A stretch of 32,970 bases of DNA from an uncultured Acidobacteriota bacterium (GTDB lineage Bacteria; Acidobacteriota; Vicinamibacteria; Vicinamibacterales; UBA8438): contig CAJWLU010000030.1 in NCBI GenBank assembly GCA_913043225.1, forward strand, positions 1-32,970, read 5' to 3'. Of this stretch, positions 7,652-19,910 are shown in pieces (the first letter of the stretch is position 1; each line of letters starts with the position of its first letter). The translations under genes were made by a program, and so were the position numbers. The notes beneath the pieces are model-generated. The model searched no databases and had not been told where the DNA came from. It saw only the letters and a list, made by a program, of their open reading frames with translations.

Positions 7652-9964
7652 ATGAGATATCGGCTTCTACTCTGCACCGTTCTGTGCACCCTGCCCGCTG
7701 GCCTGGCGCACGCCCAGAATTTGCCGGGGGTGAGTTCCACCCTCCAGGATCAGTTGCGCCAGCTCTCAGAGAATCACCTCCGGCTCGTCGAGAACGTTGA
7801 GCTCACTGGAAGTAACAACGGTGAAGACTGGCAGTTCCACGCGGACGTGGTCGATTTCTATATAGATGAGTCGCGCCTGGTGGCCAGCGGCAACGTCGTC
7901 TTTTCGTCTGAGGGCGGACGCATCGCGGCGGAACGGGTCGAGTTCAACACGGAGGACCTGACCGGAGTCTTCTACGAGGCGGACGGATCGACGGCAGTTG
8001 TCGATGACGTCGAGCCGAGCATGTTCGGCACCTCGGAGCCCGAGATGCGGTTCTGGGGCGAGATCATCGAGAAAGTGGGACCTCGGTCCTACAAGCTGAT
8101 CCGCGGTGGCTTTACCTCATGCGTGCAACCAACGCCCCGGTGGGAGGTCTCCGCAAGCTCGGTGACCATCAACCTAGACGAGTATCTGGTGCTGCGGAAC
8201 TCGGTCCTCTCGGTCAAGGGCGTCCCGTTGTTCTATCTGCCCGTGATGTTCTATCCGATCCAGGCCGACGATCGGGCCACCGGCATCCTGATGCCGACCT
8301 ACGGGTCCTCGACCATTCGAGGTCAGTCGCTCAGCAACGCCCTCTTCATGGCGTTCAATCGCAGTCACGACGCCACGGTGTTTCACGACTTCTTCTCGAC
8401 TGCCGGTCAGGGCATGGGTGCAGAGTACCGGTATGTAGCCGGTCCAGGTTCGCAGGGTAACTTCGAGACCTACCTGCTGAACGAGCGTGAGGTGGTAGTC
8501 CCAAATCTGTTCGGCGTCGGGACCGAGACCACCTTACCTGCCAGACAAAGCTACAACCTGCGGGGCAACGCGACCCACGTCTTCACCGACGCGCTGCGCG
8601 CCCGGGGCCAGATCGACTACTTCTCCGACGTCACGGTCCAGCAGACGTATCAGACCAACATCTACGAAGCGTCGAACAGCTCCCGCACGCTGGGTGGGAA
8701 CGTCACAGGTTCGTGGGGAGCCTACACGCTGAGCGGCACGGCCGACTTCAGCGAGACGTTCTTCGGCGCCAAGGACGCCAGTCTCTACGGCGCGGGCCCC
8801 AGAGTCGGCTTCGACCAGGCCGAGCGCGTGATCGGGAACTCGCCGATCTACTACGCGTTCACCAGCGAGTACGCCAACCTGCTCCGGAACACGCGCTTCG
8901 GAGACCAGGAGATTGACTCCGGTCTCACCCGATTCGATGTCAACCCGACCGTGCGCGTACCCTTCACCAAGTGGCCGTTCCTCACGATCAACTCATCCAT
9001 CGGCTGGCAGCAGACCTACTGGACCGAGTCGATCGACGAGATGACGCAGCGGCAGATCGAAAACGGGATCTCGCGATCGTTCCTCGACATGCAAACCCAA
9101 ATTACCGGGCCCGTCTTCGTCAAGGTTTGGGACACGCCCAACAGCGGCTACTCGGAACGGATGAAGCACGTCATCGAGCCCTGGTACAACCTGGGTCGGA
9201 CCACCGCGATCGACAATTTCGATCAGATCGTCCAGCTCGAAGGAACCGACTCGATCGTCGGTCAGGTCACCCAGTTCAGCTACGGCCTGAACAACCGGCT
9301 GTATGCGCGTCGCTCCGAAGGCGACGGTCCATCGGTAGCCCAAGAGGTCCTGACGGTCGGCATCGAACAGAGCTACTACACCGACGCCAACGCCGCCCAG
9401 TTCGACCGAAACTTCCAGACCAGTTTTCAGGGTGACAACCCGAGCAACTTCTCACCGCTCTCGCTCATCGTCCGCGGAGGGCCAACCTCGGAGATCTCAG
9501 GGACAATGCGCGCCGAGTATGACGCGGAGTACGGGGCCTTCCGACAGATCAGCGCCGACGGCAGCATCGAAATCGGCGGCTGGCTGTACCAGACCGCCGG
9601 CTGGAGCCAGCGGCGCTTCATCGAAGGGCTAGCTGGCTTCGACAACCCGGACTTCCTCGATCACTACCTCAACTCCTTCACCAACCTGCGCACGCCTGGC
9701 AACCGGATGGGTGGCGTCTACCAGTTCAATTACGACATCCAGCGGGGCCGCCACCTCCAGCAACGGATCGTCTGGTACTACAACGCACAGTGCTGCGGCC
9801 TGAGCTTCGAGTACCAGTCCTTCAACCTAGAGGGGCTGGGAGCCCGGGTCCGGGTCGACAGGGACCGTCGGTTTAACCTCTCGTTCACACTGGCCGGATT
9901 GGGCACCTTCTCCAATATGCTCGGGGCCTTCGGTGTGGGCACCGGCACCGGCGAAGAGTTCTAG
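7652..9964 (+). CDS. lptD: LPS-assembly outer-membrane protein LptD (OstA); likely start at ATG 7652 rather than TTG 7574
   Basis: Signal peptide MRYRLLLCTVLCTLPAGLAHA. N-terminal OstA-like region, FTSC..PxW, VPLFYLP..RATGILMP, beta-barrel composition, YNAQCC near the C-terminus. Confidence 0.85.
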   Translation: MRYRLLLCTVLCTLPAGLAHAQNLPGVSSTLQDQLRQLSENHLRLVENVELTGSNNGEDWQFHADVVDFYIDESRLVASGNVVFSSEGGRIAAERVEFNTEDLTGVFYEADGSTAVVDDVEPSMFGTSEPEMRFWGEIIEKVGPRSYKLIRGGFTSCVQPTPRWEVSASSVTINLDEYLVLRNSVLSVKGVPLFYLPVMFYPIQADDRATGILMPTYGSSTIRGQSLSNALFMAFNRSHDATVFHDFFSTAGQGMGAEYRYVAGPGSQGNFETYLLNEREVVVPNLFGVGTETTLPARQSYNLRGNATHVFTDALRARGQIDYFSDVTVQQTYQTNIYEASNSSRTLGGNVTGSWGAYTLSGTADFSETFFGAKDASLYGAGPRVGFDQAERVIGNSPIYYAFTSEYANLLRNTRFGDQEIDSGLTRFDVNPTVRVPFTKWPFLTINSSIGWQQTYWTESIDEMTQRQIENGISRSFLDMQTQITGPVFVKVWDTPNSGYSERMKHVIEPWYNLGRTTAIDNFDQIVQLEGTDSIVGQVTQFSYGLNNRLYARRSEGDGPSVAQEVLTVGIEQSYYTDANAAQFDRNFQTSFQGDNPSNFSPLSLIVRGGPTSEISGTMRAEYDAEYGAFRQISADGSIEIGGWLYQTAGWSQRRFIEGLAGFDNPDFLDHYLNSFTNLRTPGNRMGGVYQFNYDIQRGRHLQQRIVWYYNAQCCGLSFEYQSFNLEGLGARVRVDRDRRFNLSFTLAGLGTFSNMLGAFGVGTGTGEEF

Positions 9965-10017
9965 GTTCCCTGGCGAAACGCCCGCCTGGACTGACAACCT
10001 GCTAGAGTGTTCCGGCG

Positions 10018-11085
10018 ATGAAGGGACTCGTGCTGAGCGGCGGGAAAGGCAGCCGGCTTCGACCACTCACGTATACCCGCGCCAAGCAGCTGGTACCGGT
10101 GGCCAACAAGCCGGTCCTGTTTTACGGCATCGAAGCACTCGTGGCGGCCGGGGTCCGGGACATCGGCATCGTAGTGGGAGACACGCACGAGGAGATCCGA
10201 GCCGCGGTAGGCGACGGCTCCCACTGGGACGCGTCGGTAACCTACATCGAGCAGGACGCGCCCCGAGGACTAGCCCACGCCGTGCTCATCAGCGAGGAGT
10301 TCCTGGGCGACGAACCGTTCGTCATGTACCTGGGAGACAACTTACTAAACAAGGGCATCACGCCGTTTGTGGAGGAATTCGTGGCGAGCGGTCCAGCCGC
10401 GCAGATCCTGCTCACTCGTGTGCCGGATCCTCAGATGTTCGGGGTGGCTGAGCTATCCGATGGCCAGGTGGTCCGCCTGGTCGAGAAGCCCAAGGAACCG
10501 AAGAGCGATCTGGCCCTGGTCGGCGTCTACATGTTCGGCCCTGAGGTGTTCGAGTCGGTCAAGCGGATCACACCGAGTTTTCGCAATGAGCTCGAGATCA
10601 CCGATGCCATCCAGGATCTCATCGACCGTGGACTAACGGTGCGACCGCATCTGGTCGAGGGATGGTGGAAGGACACCGGAAAACTCGACGACATGCTGGA
10701 GGCGAACCGCCTGATCCTCGAAACGATGGAACGGCGGATCGAAGGATCGGTCGATACCAAGTCGCGAGTGGAAGGGAAGGTCGTGATCGAGGCCGGCGCC
10801 GAGATCATCGGCTCGGTGATCCGTGGTCCGGCCATCATCGGCGCCAACGCCAGGATCGAGCACGCTTACGTCGGGCCGTTCACGTCGATCATGAACGGCG
10901 TCGAGATCAGAGAATCCGAACTCGAACACAGCATCGTGCTCGAAGGCAGCGTACTCAGTGACCTGGCGAGTCGGGTGATCGACAGCCTGATAGGACGGAA
11001 TGTCCGGATCATCCGCCAGCCAGTCAAACCGTCAGCCTACCGTTTCATGCTGGGCGACAACTCGGAGGTGGGCATCCGATGGTAG
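10018..11085 (+). CDS. rfbA: Glucose-1-phosphate thymidylyltransferase, long form with C-terminal left-handed beta-helix
   Basis: LSGGKGSRLRPLT..AKQLVPVANKP, YLGDN, VEKP, ELEITD, WKDTG. Confidence 0.92.
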   Translation: MKGLVLSGGKGSRLRPLTYTRAKQLVPVANKPVLFYGIEALVAAGVRDIGIVVGDTHEEIRAAVGDGSHWDASVTYIEQDAPRGLAHAVLISEEFLGDEPFVMYLGDNLLNKGITPFVEEFVASGPAAQILLTRVPDPQMFGVAELSDGQVVRLVEKPKEPKSDLALVGVYMFGPEVFESVKRITPSFRNELEITDAIQDLIDRGLTVRPHLVEGWWKDTGKLDDMLEANRLILETMERRIEGSVDTKSRVEGKVVIEAGAEIIGSVIRGPAIIGANARIEHAYVGPFTSIMNGVEIRESELEHSIVLEGSVLSDLASRVIDSLIGRNVRIIRQPVKPSAYRFMLGDNSEVGIRW

Positions 11086-12119
11086 CCGACCGAGCGGTCC
11101 AGGTACTCGTGACCGGGGGCGCCGGGTTCATCGGCAGTAACTTTGTGCTGTACGCGCTGGCTGCCCATCCCGACTGGCGGGTCACCACCCTCGACAAGCT
11201 TACCTATGCTGGACGCCTCGAGAACCTGCGCGACGTCATGGACGATCCGAGACATCGCTTCGTGGAGGGGGATGTCGCCGATCCGGAGGTCGCAGCACCA
11301 CTCGTCGAGAACGCAGACATCGTCGTGCACTTTGCCGCCGAGACCCACGTGGACCGGTCGCTGCAGGAGGCGGGCGCCTTCATTACGACCGACGTCTACG
11401 GGAGTTTCGTGCTGCTCGACGCAGCCCGCCGGGCGCCACGGCTCCGTCGATTCGTCCAGATCTCGACTGATGAGGTCTATGGCAGCGTACCCACCGGCTC
11501 GAGCACCGAAACCGACGAACTGAAGCCGCGCAACCCTTACGCAGCTAGCAAGGCTGGCGCCGACCGCCTAGCTTACAGCTACTGGGCCACTCACGACGTG
11601 CCGGTGATCATCACCCGTGCGTCGAATAACTACGGACCGCGTCAGTTCCCTGAGAAGGTGATCCCGTTGTTTGTCACCAACGCCATCGACGGACTCTCGG
11701 TACCGCTTTACGGCGACGGTCGCAACGTCCGCGACTGGCTGCATGTCGAAGACCACTGCCGGGCCATTGATCTACTTATCGAGGAGGCCGAGAACGGCGA
11801 GGCCTACAACATCGGGGGCGGCAATGAGGTCGAAAACATAGACCTGACCCACCGCATTCTCGACGCGCTGAATCGACCTCATTCCTTGATCAAGCCGGTG
11901 CAGGACCGCCCCGGCCACGACCGCCGCTACTCACTCGACACGGCGAAGCTACGCGGCCTGGGCTGGCAACCGAGACATCCCTTCGAGGAAGCACTGGCCA
12001 CCACCGTGAACTGGTATCGAGACAACGATTGGTGGTGGCGCCCGATCAAGGAGGCGGACCCAGCCTATCGTGACTACTACGAGGCCCAGTACGGCCAACG
12101 GGGCAACTCCACCTCCTGA
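11079..12119 (+). CDS. rfbB: dTDP-glucose 4,6-dehydratase
   Basis: VTGGAGFIGSNF, DKLTYAG, AAETHVDRS, STDEVYG, PYAASK, SNNYGP, DRPGHDRRY. Confidence 0.96.
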   Translation: MVADRAVQVLVTGGAGFIGSNFVLYALAAHPDWRVTTLDKLTYAGRLENLRDVMDDPRHRFVEGDVADPEVAAPLVENADIVVHFAAETHVDRSLQEAGAFITTDVYGSFVLLDAARRAPRLRRFVQISTDEVYGSVPTGSSTETDELKPRNPYAASKAGADRLAYSYWATHDVPVIITRASNNYGPRQFPEKVIPLFVTNAIDGLSVPLYGDGRNVRDWLHVEDHCRAIDLLIEEAENGEAYNIGGGNEVENIDLTHRILDALNRPHSLIKPVQDRPGHDRRYSLDTAKLRGLGWQPRHPFEEALATTVNWYRDNDWWWRPIKEADPAYRDYYEAQYGQRGNSTS

Positions 12120-12133
12120 CGACAGGGCGTGAA

Positions 12134-13114
12134 GTGGCTCAGACGATTGTTGTCACCGGCGCCGCCGGCTTTGTCGGGCATCATCTGCTCGACCTACTGC
12201 ATCGCTCAGACCCGAACAGCCGGATTCTGGCGTGGCGACGTTCGTCCGCAGACGACCCGAAGCGTCCTCCTCGCCCTCTCCCCGATTCCGACCGGCTCGA
12301 CTGGCGCACCGTAAACCTGCTGGACCGGCCCTCCGTCGAGCGGGAACTGAAGGACACTCCCCCAGACCAGGTGTATCACTGCGCCGGGGTAGCCAACGTC
12401 GGCGGCTCCTGGTCGAACAACACGACCACGCTCGCCGGGAACCTACTGGGCACGGAGTATTTGATCGCGGGCCTCAGAACACATGCGACCGAGGCTCGCG
12501 TGCTCATCCCTGGCTCGGCGCTGGTGTATCGCCCTTCCACCTCTGCCATCGACGAGTCGTCACCACTCGGACCTGTTAGCCCCTACGGTCTCAGTAAGCT
12601 GGCCCAGGAGATGCTGGGCATGGCCGCCGTCGAGCAGGACGGCCTGCACGTCGTGATCACCCGCTCGTTCACCCATGTCGGACCGGGACAGGCGCTCTTC
12701 TACGCCGCGTCGAGCTTCGCCGAGCAATTGGCGCGCATCGAGGCTGGCCTGTGTCCGCCCATGCTCTCGGTCGGGAACCTCGAAGCCAGACGTGATCTGA
12801 CCGACGTTCGAGATACCGTCCTGGCGTATCAGCTGTTAATGGCCGACGGAGTCGCGGGCGCCCCCTACAACGTCTGCTCGGGCACGGCGCATCCGATCCA
12901 GACCGTCCTCGATGGGTTGCTGGCGCAGACAACCGTCGATGTCACAGTGCGAGAGGATCCTGCCCGCACCAGGCCGAGCGACAACCCGCTGCTCCTCGGT
13001 GACGCGGGAAGACTCTCACGGCAAACAGGGTGGCGTCCCACCATCCCATTCGAGCGAACCCTCACCGACATCCTCAACTACTGGCGAGACGCCGTCGCCG
13101 TAACCCGCACTTGA
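12134..13114 (+). CDS. Extended-SDR NDP-sugar reductase/dehydratase (Rmd/Gmd-like family)
   Basis: TGAAGFVG, SPYGLSK, VGNLEARRDLTDVRD, YNVCSG motifs; substrate not determinable from sequence alone. Confidence 0.8.
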   Translation: MAQTIVVTGAAGFVGHHLLDLLHRSDPNSRILAWRRSSADDPKRPPRPLPDSDRLDWRTVNLLDRPSVERELKDTPPDQVYHCAGVANVGGSWSNNTTTLAGNLLGTEYLIAGLRTHATEARVLIPGSALVYRPSTSAIDESSPLGPVSPYGLSKLAQEMLGMAAVEQDGLHVVITRSFTHVGPGQALFYAASSFAEQLARIEAGLCPPMLSVGNLEARRDLTDVRDTVLAYQLLMADGVAGAPYNVCSGTAHPIQTVLDGLLAQTTVDVTVREDPARTRPSDNPLLLGDAGRLSRQTGWRPTIPFERTLTDILNYWRDAVAVTRT

Positions 13115-13189
13115 TCAAGGGCCTCGTCCCGACACATTCGCGCCCTCGAGGCTCGTGATCATCTCGCCTTCTACGGTCTCTCGTTCACC

Positions 13190-13218
13190 TTGCACGGTTC
13201 TTTGCACACCCGCATAAT
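13190..13218 (+). promoter_or_regulatory. Sigma70 promoter placing the transcription start on the ATG of the downstream gene (leaderless)
   Basis: TTGCAC (13190-13195), 17 nt, CATAAT (13213-13218), 6 nt, ATG 13225. Confidence 0.75.
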
Positions 13219-13224
13219 GCCCCC

Positions 13225-13809
13225 ATGGGTCAACGGGTCTTAAGTGGCATGTTCGCCTTCCTCTTCGGGGCGGCGCTTCTCCTTCCAGCCCCGTCCATCG
13301 AGGCCCAGCGGCGCCAACCGGTGCCCCGCCCGTTCCCGCAGCCCGGCGACCCAACGCGCGGTGGGTCCGAAGCGACGGCGCCGCAACCGGTCGAGCCGGC
13401 GCAGCCCGTCGCCGCCCCGACGAGCGCCCTCGGCGTGACGGCCGAGACCCCGCCAAGCGAGGCAGTCCTCGGGTTCCCCATCTACCCCAACGCCCAGTTC
13501 ATCACATCGTACGAAGCCGGGCGAGCTCAGCGTTACTACCTCTTCGGGACCAACTCCAGCTACCAGGAGATGGTGAACTACTACACGGTCGTTCTCGACG
13601 AACGGGGTGATCGGGTGTTCGACGCGCCGCCCACGCACATCTTTGAGATCGGGCGGTTTCGGGAAGAGGAGATGGCGTTTCCGCCTGGGGTCACCGTGAA
13701 GGACTACACGTGGAACGGCGCGGCCGGTTACCTAAACCCCAGTCAGGACCCAGAGTGGTTCAAGACCGTCATCCAAATCGTTCCCGCCCCGCCCGAGCAA
13801 ACGCGCTAG
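13225..13809 (+). CDS. Secreted hypothetical protein with a Pro-rich linker
   Basis: Signal-peptide-like N-terminus (..IEA-Q), Pro/Ala-rich segment, then a globular domain (LGFPIYPNAQFITSYEAG..FPPGVTVKDYTW); has its own promoter. Confidence 0.8.
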   Translation: MGQRVLSGMFAFLFGAALLLPAPSIEAQRRQPVPRPFPQPGDPTRGGSEATAPQPVEPAQPVAAPTSALGVTAETPPSEAVLGFPIYPNAQFITSYEAGRAQRYYLFGTNSSYQEMVNYYTVVLDERGDRVFDAPPTHIFEIGRFREEEMAFPPGVTVKDYTWNGAAGYLNPSQDPEWFKTVIQIVPAPPEQTR

Positions 13810-13834
13810 CGGACCCGGAACGCTCCCGCGCCGT

Positions 13835-15592
<1,758 letters not shown>

Positions 15593-15656
15593 CCGGTCGT
15601 AACGGGCCGTCTGGCACCGGTCGGTTCCCATCAACCGCCACACTCGAAAGGAACGA

Positions 15657-16940
15657 ATGCCCTCCACCACGGACGCCCCGTCGAGTACGCGCCTGCGGAC
15701 ACTGGCTGAGACTGACCCCGCAATCGCCACCGTGCTCGGCGACGAAACGACCCGGCAAAATTCGGAGCTCGAGCTAATTGCCTCTGAGAATTTCGTGAGC
15801 CGAGCCGTCCTCGAAGCCGCCGGTTCGGTGCTCACGAACAAGTATGCGGAGGGTTACCCCGGCCGTCGCTACTACGGCGGGTGCGAACACGTCGACGTCG
15901 CCGAAGCGCTGGCCATCGAGCGCGCCTGCGGTCTGTTTGGAGCGGACCACGCCAACGTCCAGCCGCACTCGGGCGCGCAGGCGAACATGGCAGCGTACTT
16001 TGCGCTGATCGAGGCGGGTGACACGGTGCTCGGGATGAACCTGGCGCATGGTGGCCATCTGACCCACGGACACCCGCTGAACTTCTCGGGCCAGCTTTAC
16101 AGCATCGTGCCCTACGGCGTACGCAAGGACGATGAGCGTCTAGACTACGATGAGCTCGCGGCCCAGGCGGAGAAACATCGACCCAAGCTCATCATGGTGG
16201 GCGCGAGCGCCTACCCCCGGGTCATCGACTTCGCGCGCATCAGGAACGTGGCGGACGAGGTCAGCGCGGTAGTCGTGACCGACATGGCCCACATAGCCGG
16301 GCTAGTGGCGACCGGGGTCCACCCCTCACCGGTCCCTCACTCCGACGTCGTGACGACGACCACACACAAGACTCTCCGCGGTCCGCGAGGTGGCCTGATC
16401 CTCTGCCGGGAGGAGCATGCGAAGGCGATCAACCGGGCACTCTTCCCAGGCGTGCAGGGCGGCCCTCTAATGCACGTCATCGCCGCGAAGGCCGTCTGTT
16501 TCAAGGAAGCGGGCGAACCGGCGTTCGTGGAATATCAACAGCAGATCGTGCGCAACGCGGCGCGTCTGGGCGCCGCGCTATCTCAAAGCGGATTCCGGCT
16601 GGTCAGTGGAGGCACCGACAATCACCTGCTTCTGGTCGATGTCTTCTCGCAGGGCATCACCGGGAAGGTCGCCGAAGAGGCGCTCGGGAGGGCCGGCATC
16701 ACGGTCAACAAGAACGCCATTCCATTCGACGAGAACCCACCGATGGTGGCCAGCGGAATTAGGATCGGCAGCCCGGCTGTGACCAGCCGCGCCATGGGTG
16801 AACCGGAGATGGACCTGATTGCGGACTACATCACCCGGGTACTCGCCACCCCTGAGGATGACAGAGTGGCCGCGATGGTCCGTCGTGAGGTGGAGGCGCT
16901 GTGCGAGAGGTTCCCCCTCTACCCGAGCCGGAACCAGTAG
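15657..16940 (+). CDS. glyA: Serine hydroxymethyltransferase
   Basis: [46 protein letters not shown]-like AAAGGA upstream. Confidence 0.98.
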   Translation: MPSTTDAPSSTRLRTLAETDPAIATVLGDETTRQNSELELIASENFVSRAVLEAAGSVLTNKYAEGYPGRRYYGGCEHVDVAEALAIERACGLFGADHANVQPHSGAQANMAAYFALIEAGDTVLGMNLAHGGHLTHGHPLNFSGQLYSIVPYGVRKDDERLDYDELAAQAEKHRPKLIMVGASAYPRVIDFARIRNVADEVSAVVVTDMAHIAGLVATGVHPSPVPHSDVVTTTTHKTLRGPRGGLILCREEHAKAINRALFPGVQGGPLMHVIAAKAVCFKEAGEPAFVEYQQQIVRNAARLGAALSQSGFRLVSGGTDNHLLLVDVFSQGITGKVAEEALGRAGITVNKNAIPFDENPPMVASGIRIGSPAVTSRAMGEPEMDLIADYITRVLATPEDDRVAAMVRREVEALCERFPLYPSRNQ

Positions 16941-18928
16941 ACCCCACCGCTGCCCCCGGCCTCTCGCGGAAGGTCGACGAGACCTTCGGGCCGGACGGCG
17001 CGCTAGCGGGTTCGCTGCCATCGTTCGAAGCTCGGGACGGCCAGCGGGAGATGGCCATCTCGATCGCCGAGGCGTTCGAGGAAGGCGGGGTCCTGCTGGC
17101 CGAGGCAGGCACCGGCACCGGCAAGACGCTCGCCTATCTCGTACCGGCCATCCTGAGCCAGCACCGCGTGCTGGTCTCCACCGGCACCAAGCAGCTCCAG
17201 GATCAGATCTACTACAAGGATCTGCCCGCCCTCCGGGAGGCGTTGAGGATCGCCTTCACCGCCACCTACATGAAGGGGCGGAGCAACTACCTCTGTCTCC
17301 ACCGCTTCGATGAATACAAGAGCGGTGCGACGCTGCTGCCGACTGGCAGTGAGGCGTTTCTCGATACGATCGCCAAATGGGCCCGCGAGACCGACACCGG
17401 CGACAGGAGTGAGATCGAGGACCTGCCAGACGACCTGCCGTTCTGGGGCGACATCTCTGCAACCTCGGACAACTGCATCGGGTCCGACTGCCCTCAGCAC
17501 CAGGAATGCTTCATCACCCGGATGAGACAACGGGCGGCCGAGTCGGATCTGGTTATCGTCAACCACCATCTGTTGTGTGCTGACGCCGCGGTCCGCCAAT
17601 CAGCCTACGGCGAGGTCATCCCGTCCTGCGTCCACGCAGTAATCGACGAAGCGCACCAGCTCGAGGACGTCGCAACTCAGTACTTCGGTGTTTCGGTCAG
17701 CACCCGCCGGCTCGAGCGAGTAGTCGGTGATGGTCGACGATCTGTTGAGCAGGACCTAGCCCCGGAGCCACCCGGCGCTCCCCGGGGCACCGACACCGAT
17801 AATCAGCAGACCATCCAGGCCGCCCTGGACCGGGTCGAACAGCGCTCTACGCGCTTCTTTGCCGCCGTCACCCAGCACCTGCCGACCGCGGACCGCACAC
17901 GGCTCAACCCGACGCTCCTCGCTCCCGTCTCCGAAGCCGGCCTCACCCTGGCGAGCACGCTTCGCGGCCTCGAGGCAGCGATTCAGCTGGCCCCGGAGCT
18001 CACCGAAGACCTGCGGGCGATCGCAAAACGGTCCGCCGAACTTGCCGACCAGCTGGACTTCGTGCTGGCCGCCTCGGACGACGACTATGTGTATTTCCTG
18101 GAACGCCGGGGACGCGGCCTATTCCTGCGCGCCTCGCCCGTCGACGTCTCGACCATCATCCGCGAGCTCCTGCTCGAGCGGATGGAGACAACGGTCCTGA
18201 CCTCGGCCACCCTGGCCGTCAACGGCTCGTTCGACTACCAGCGGTCACGCTTGGGTATCCGAGACGCCATGGAGGTCTGCCTCCCCTCCGAGTTCGACTT
18301 CGCCAGCCAGACCGTGCTCTATCTCCCTAGTGAGATGCCCGAACCGCGTGAAGCTGGCTTCACGACCGCGGCGACGAATGAGATCCACCGCCTGCTCGAG
18401 ACCACCGCCGGCCGGGCGTTCGTCCTGTTCACGAGCTATGCGAACCTGCGTGAGGTCCACCAGCAGCTCGCCATCCTGACCCGGTTTCCGCTGCTCGTTC
18501 AGGGGACTGCCCCAAGGTCGGTGCTGCTCCGGGATTTCCGGACCACACCTCATGCGGTGCTCCTGGCTACCTCAAGCTTCTGGCAGGGAGTCGACGTGGC
18601 GGGCGATACCTTGAGTTGCGTCATCATCGACAAGCTCCCGTTCGCCGCTCCAAGCGACCCAATTACCGCGGCAAGGCTCGAAGCGATCACCAGACACGGC
18701 GGCAGTCCGTTCGACGAGTATCAGGTGCCACTCGCCATCCTGACCCTGCTGCAAGGCCTCGGTCGGCTCATCCGGCACCGGCAGGATCGTGGCGTGCTTT
18801 CGATCCTCGATCCTCGAGTAAACACCAAGGACTACGGCCGCCGGTTCCTCGACGCCTTACCACCGTCGCCGGTGGTGCAGAACGTCGAAGCGGTGTCCCG
18901 CTTTCTCGATGAGGCGGGTGTAGACTGA
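16901..18928 (+). CDS. DinG/YoaA-family Fe-S ATP-dependent DNA helicase (start uncertain)
   Basis: [17 protein letters not shown], Fe-S cysteines (NC..DC..EC), [32 protein letters not shown] precedes GTG 16901. Confidence 0.92.
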   Translation: MREVPPLPEPEPVDPTAAPGLSRKVDETFGPDGALAGSLPSFEARDGQREMAISIAEAFEEGGVLLAEAGTGTGKTLAYLVPAILSQHRVLVSTGTKQLQDQIYYKDLPALREALRIAFTATYMKGRSNYLCLHRFDEYKSGATLLPTGSEAFLDTIAKWARETDTGDRSEIEDLPDDLPFWGDISATSDNCIGSDCPQHQECFITRMRQRAAESDLVIVNHHLLCADAAVRQSAYGEVIPSCVHAVIDEAHQLEDVATQYFGVSVSTRRLERVVGDGRRSVEQDLAPEPPGAPRGTDTDNQQTIQAALDRVEQRSTRFFAAVTQHLPTADRTRLNPTLLAPVSEAGLTLASTLRGLEAAIQLAPELTEDLRAIAKRSAELADQLDFVLAASDDDYVYFLERRGRGLFLRASPVDVSTIIRELLLERMETTVLTSATLAVNGSFDYQRSRLGIRDAMEVCLPSEFDFASQTVLYLPSEMPEPREAGFTTAATNEIHRLLETTAGRAFVLFTSYANLREVHQQLAILTRFPLLVQGTAPRSVLLRDFRTTPHAVLLATSSFWQGVDVAGDTLSCVIIDKLPFAAPSDPITAARLEAITRHGGSPFDEYQVPLAILTLLQGLGRLIRHRQDRGVLSILDPRVNTKDYGRRFLDALPPSPVVQNVEAVSRFLDEAGVD

Positions 18929-18932
18929 GCTG

Positions 18933-19895
18933 GTGGGGTCTCCAAGCGCCCGAAGCGCGGCGGCCGTCGTCACCTTGACGTTGCTGTGTATATCTGCCGC
19001 GGCGACGGCCCAGACCACCGGCCTGATCCGAGGCAGCGTGCTGAGCCGCGCCGGCCAACCTCTTCCCGACGCGACGGTCACCCTCGTCAGCCTGAGCAGC
19101 GACTCGGTGCGCGAGGAAGCTCACACCGACCAGCAGGGACACTTTCAGCTCGAGGGTGTGCCGCCAGGACAGTACAGCGTAGCCGCGGACCGGGTCGACG
19201 TCGGTGGGCAGATCTTCCGCGTCCTGGTCCAGCCGGGCGGCACTGTCGAAGTGGCCTTCGTCCTGGAACCTGGAGACACCGCAGCTCCGTGGCTACGAGG
19301 ACTTCGGGACGATCAGGCATCGGTCGCCGCATTCGACGCCGGGGTGCGCGCGAATCGCGATGGGGACTACGAGGAGGCGATCGCACAGTTCGAGGCCACA
19401 CTCCAACTGCTTCCCTCGTGTGTGGACTGTCACTTCAACATCGGTATCGCCCTCGGCCAGCTCGAACGGTTTGACGAAGCGGCCGATGCCTTCAGTCGCG
19501 CACTCGAAGTCAACCCCGACTACGCCGCCGCCTACTACGGGCTGGCCGACGTCTACGGCCGACAGGGACGAGCCGATCTGGTGGCCGAAACACGCGGCGC
19601 GGCCAACCGGATCGCCATGGCGGCTCTGGCTGCCGACCAGGCGCTGGCTCGGGAGGCGATGACCCGCGGGATCGCGTTCCTTGAGAGCCGCAACCTCACC
19701 GACGCCGTGGCCCAGTTGAGGCTGGCGGTCAGCACCGACACCACGCTCAATGAGGCGCACTACTGGCTCGGCCGGAGCTACGAAGAGCAGGTGGAGCTCG
19801 ACGCCGCGGCCCAGAGTCTTCGACGCTACCTGGCCGGAGCGGCGGACGGCGAGCATGCCGATGACGCACGCCGCCGACTCGACCGCGTGCGCTAG
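18933..19895 (+). CDS. Secreted protein with a carboxypeptidase-regulatory-like Ig domain and tetratricopeptide repeats
   Basis: Signal peptide; IRGSV..GQPLPDATVTL..TDQQGHF..PGQYSV; TPR motifs such as A..FSRALEVNPDYAAAYYGLA. Confidence 0.82.
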   Translation: MGSPSARSAAAVVTLTLLCISAAATAQTTGLIRGSVLSRAGQPLPDATVTLVSLSSDSVREEAHTDQQGHFQLEGVPPGQYSVAADRVDVGGQIFRVLVQPGGTVEVAFVLEPGDTAAPWLRGLRDDQASVAAFDAGVRANRDGDYEEAIAQFEATLQLLPSCVDCHFNIGIALGQLERFDEAADAFSRALEVNPDYAAAYYGLADVYGRQGRADLVAETRGAANRIAMAALAADQALAREAMTRGIAFLESRNLTDAVAQLRLAVSTDTTLNEAHYWLGRSYEEQVELDAAAQSLRRYLAGAADGEHADDARRRLDRVR

Positions 19896-19910
19896 CCAAC
19901 CACAGTCACG

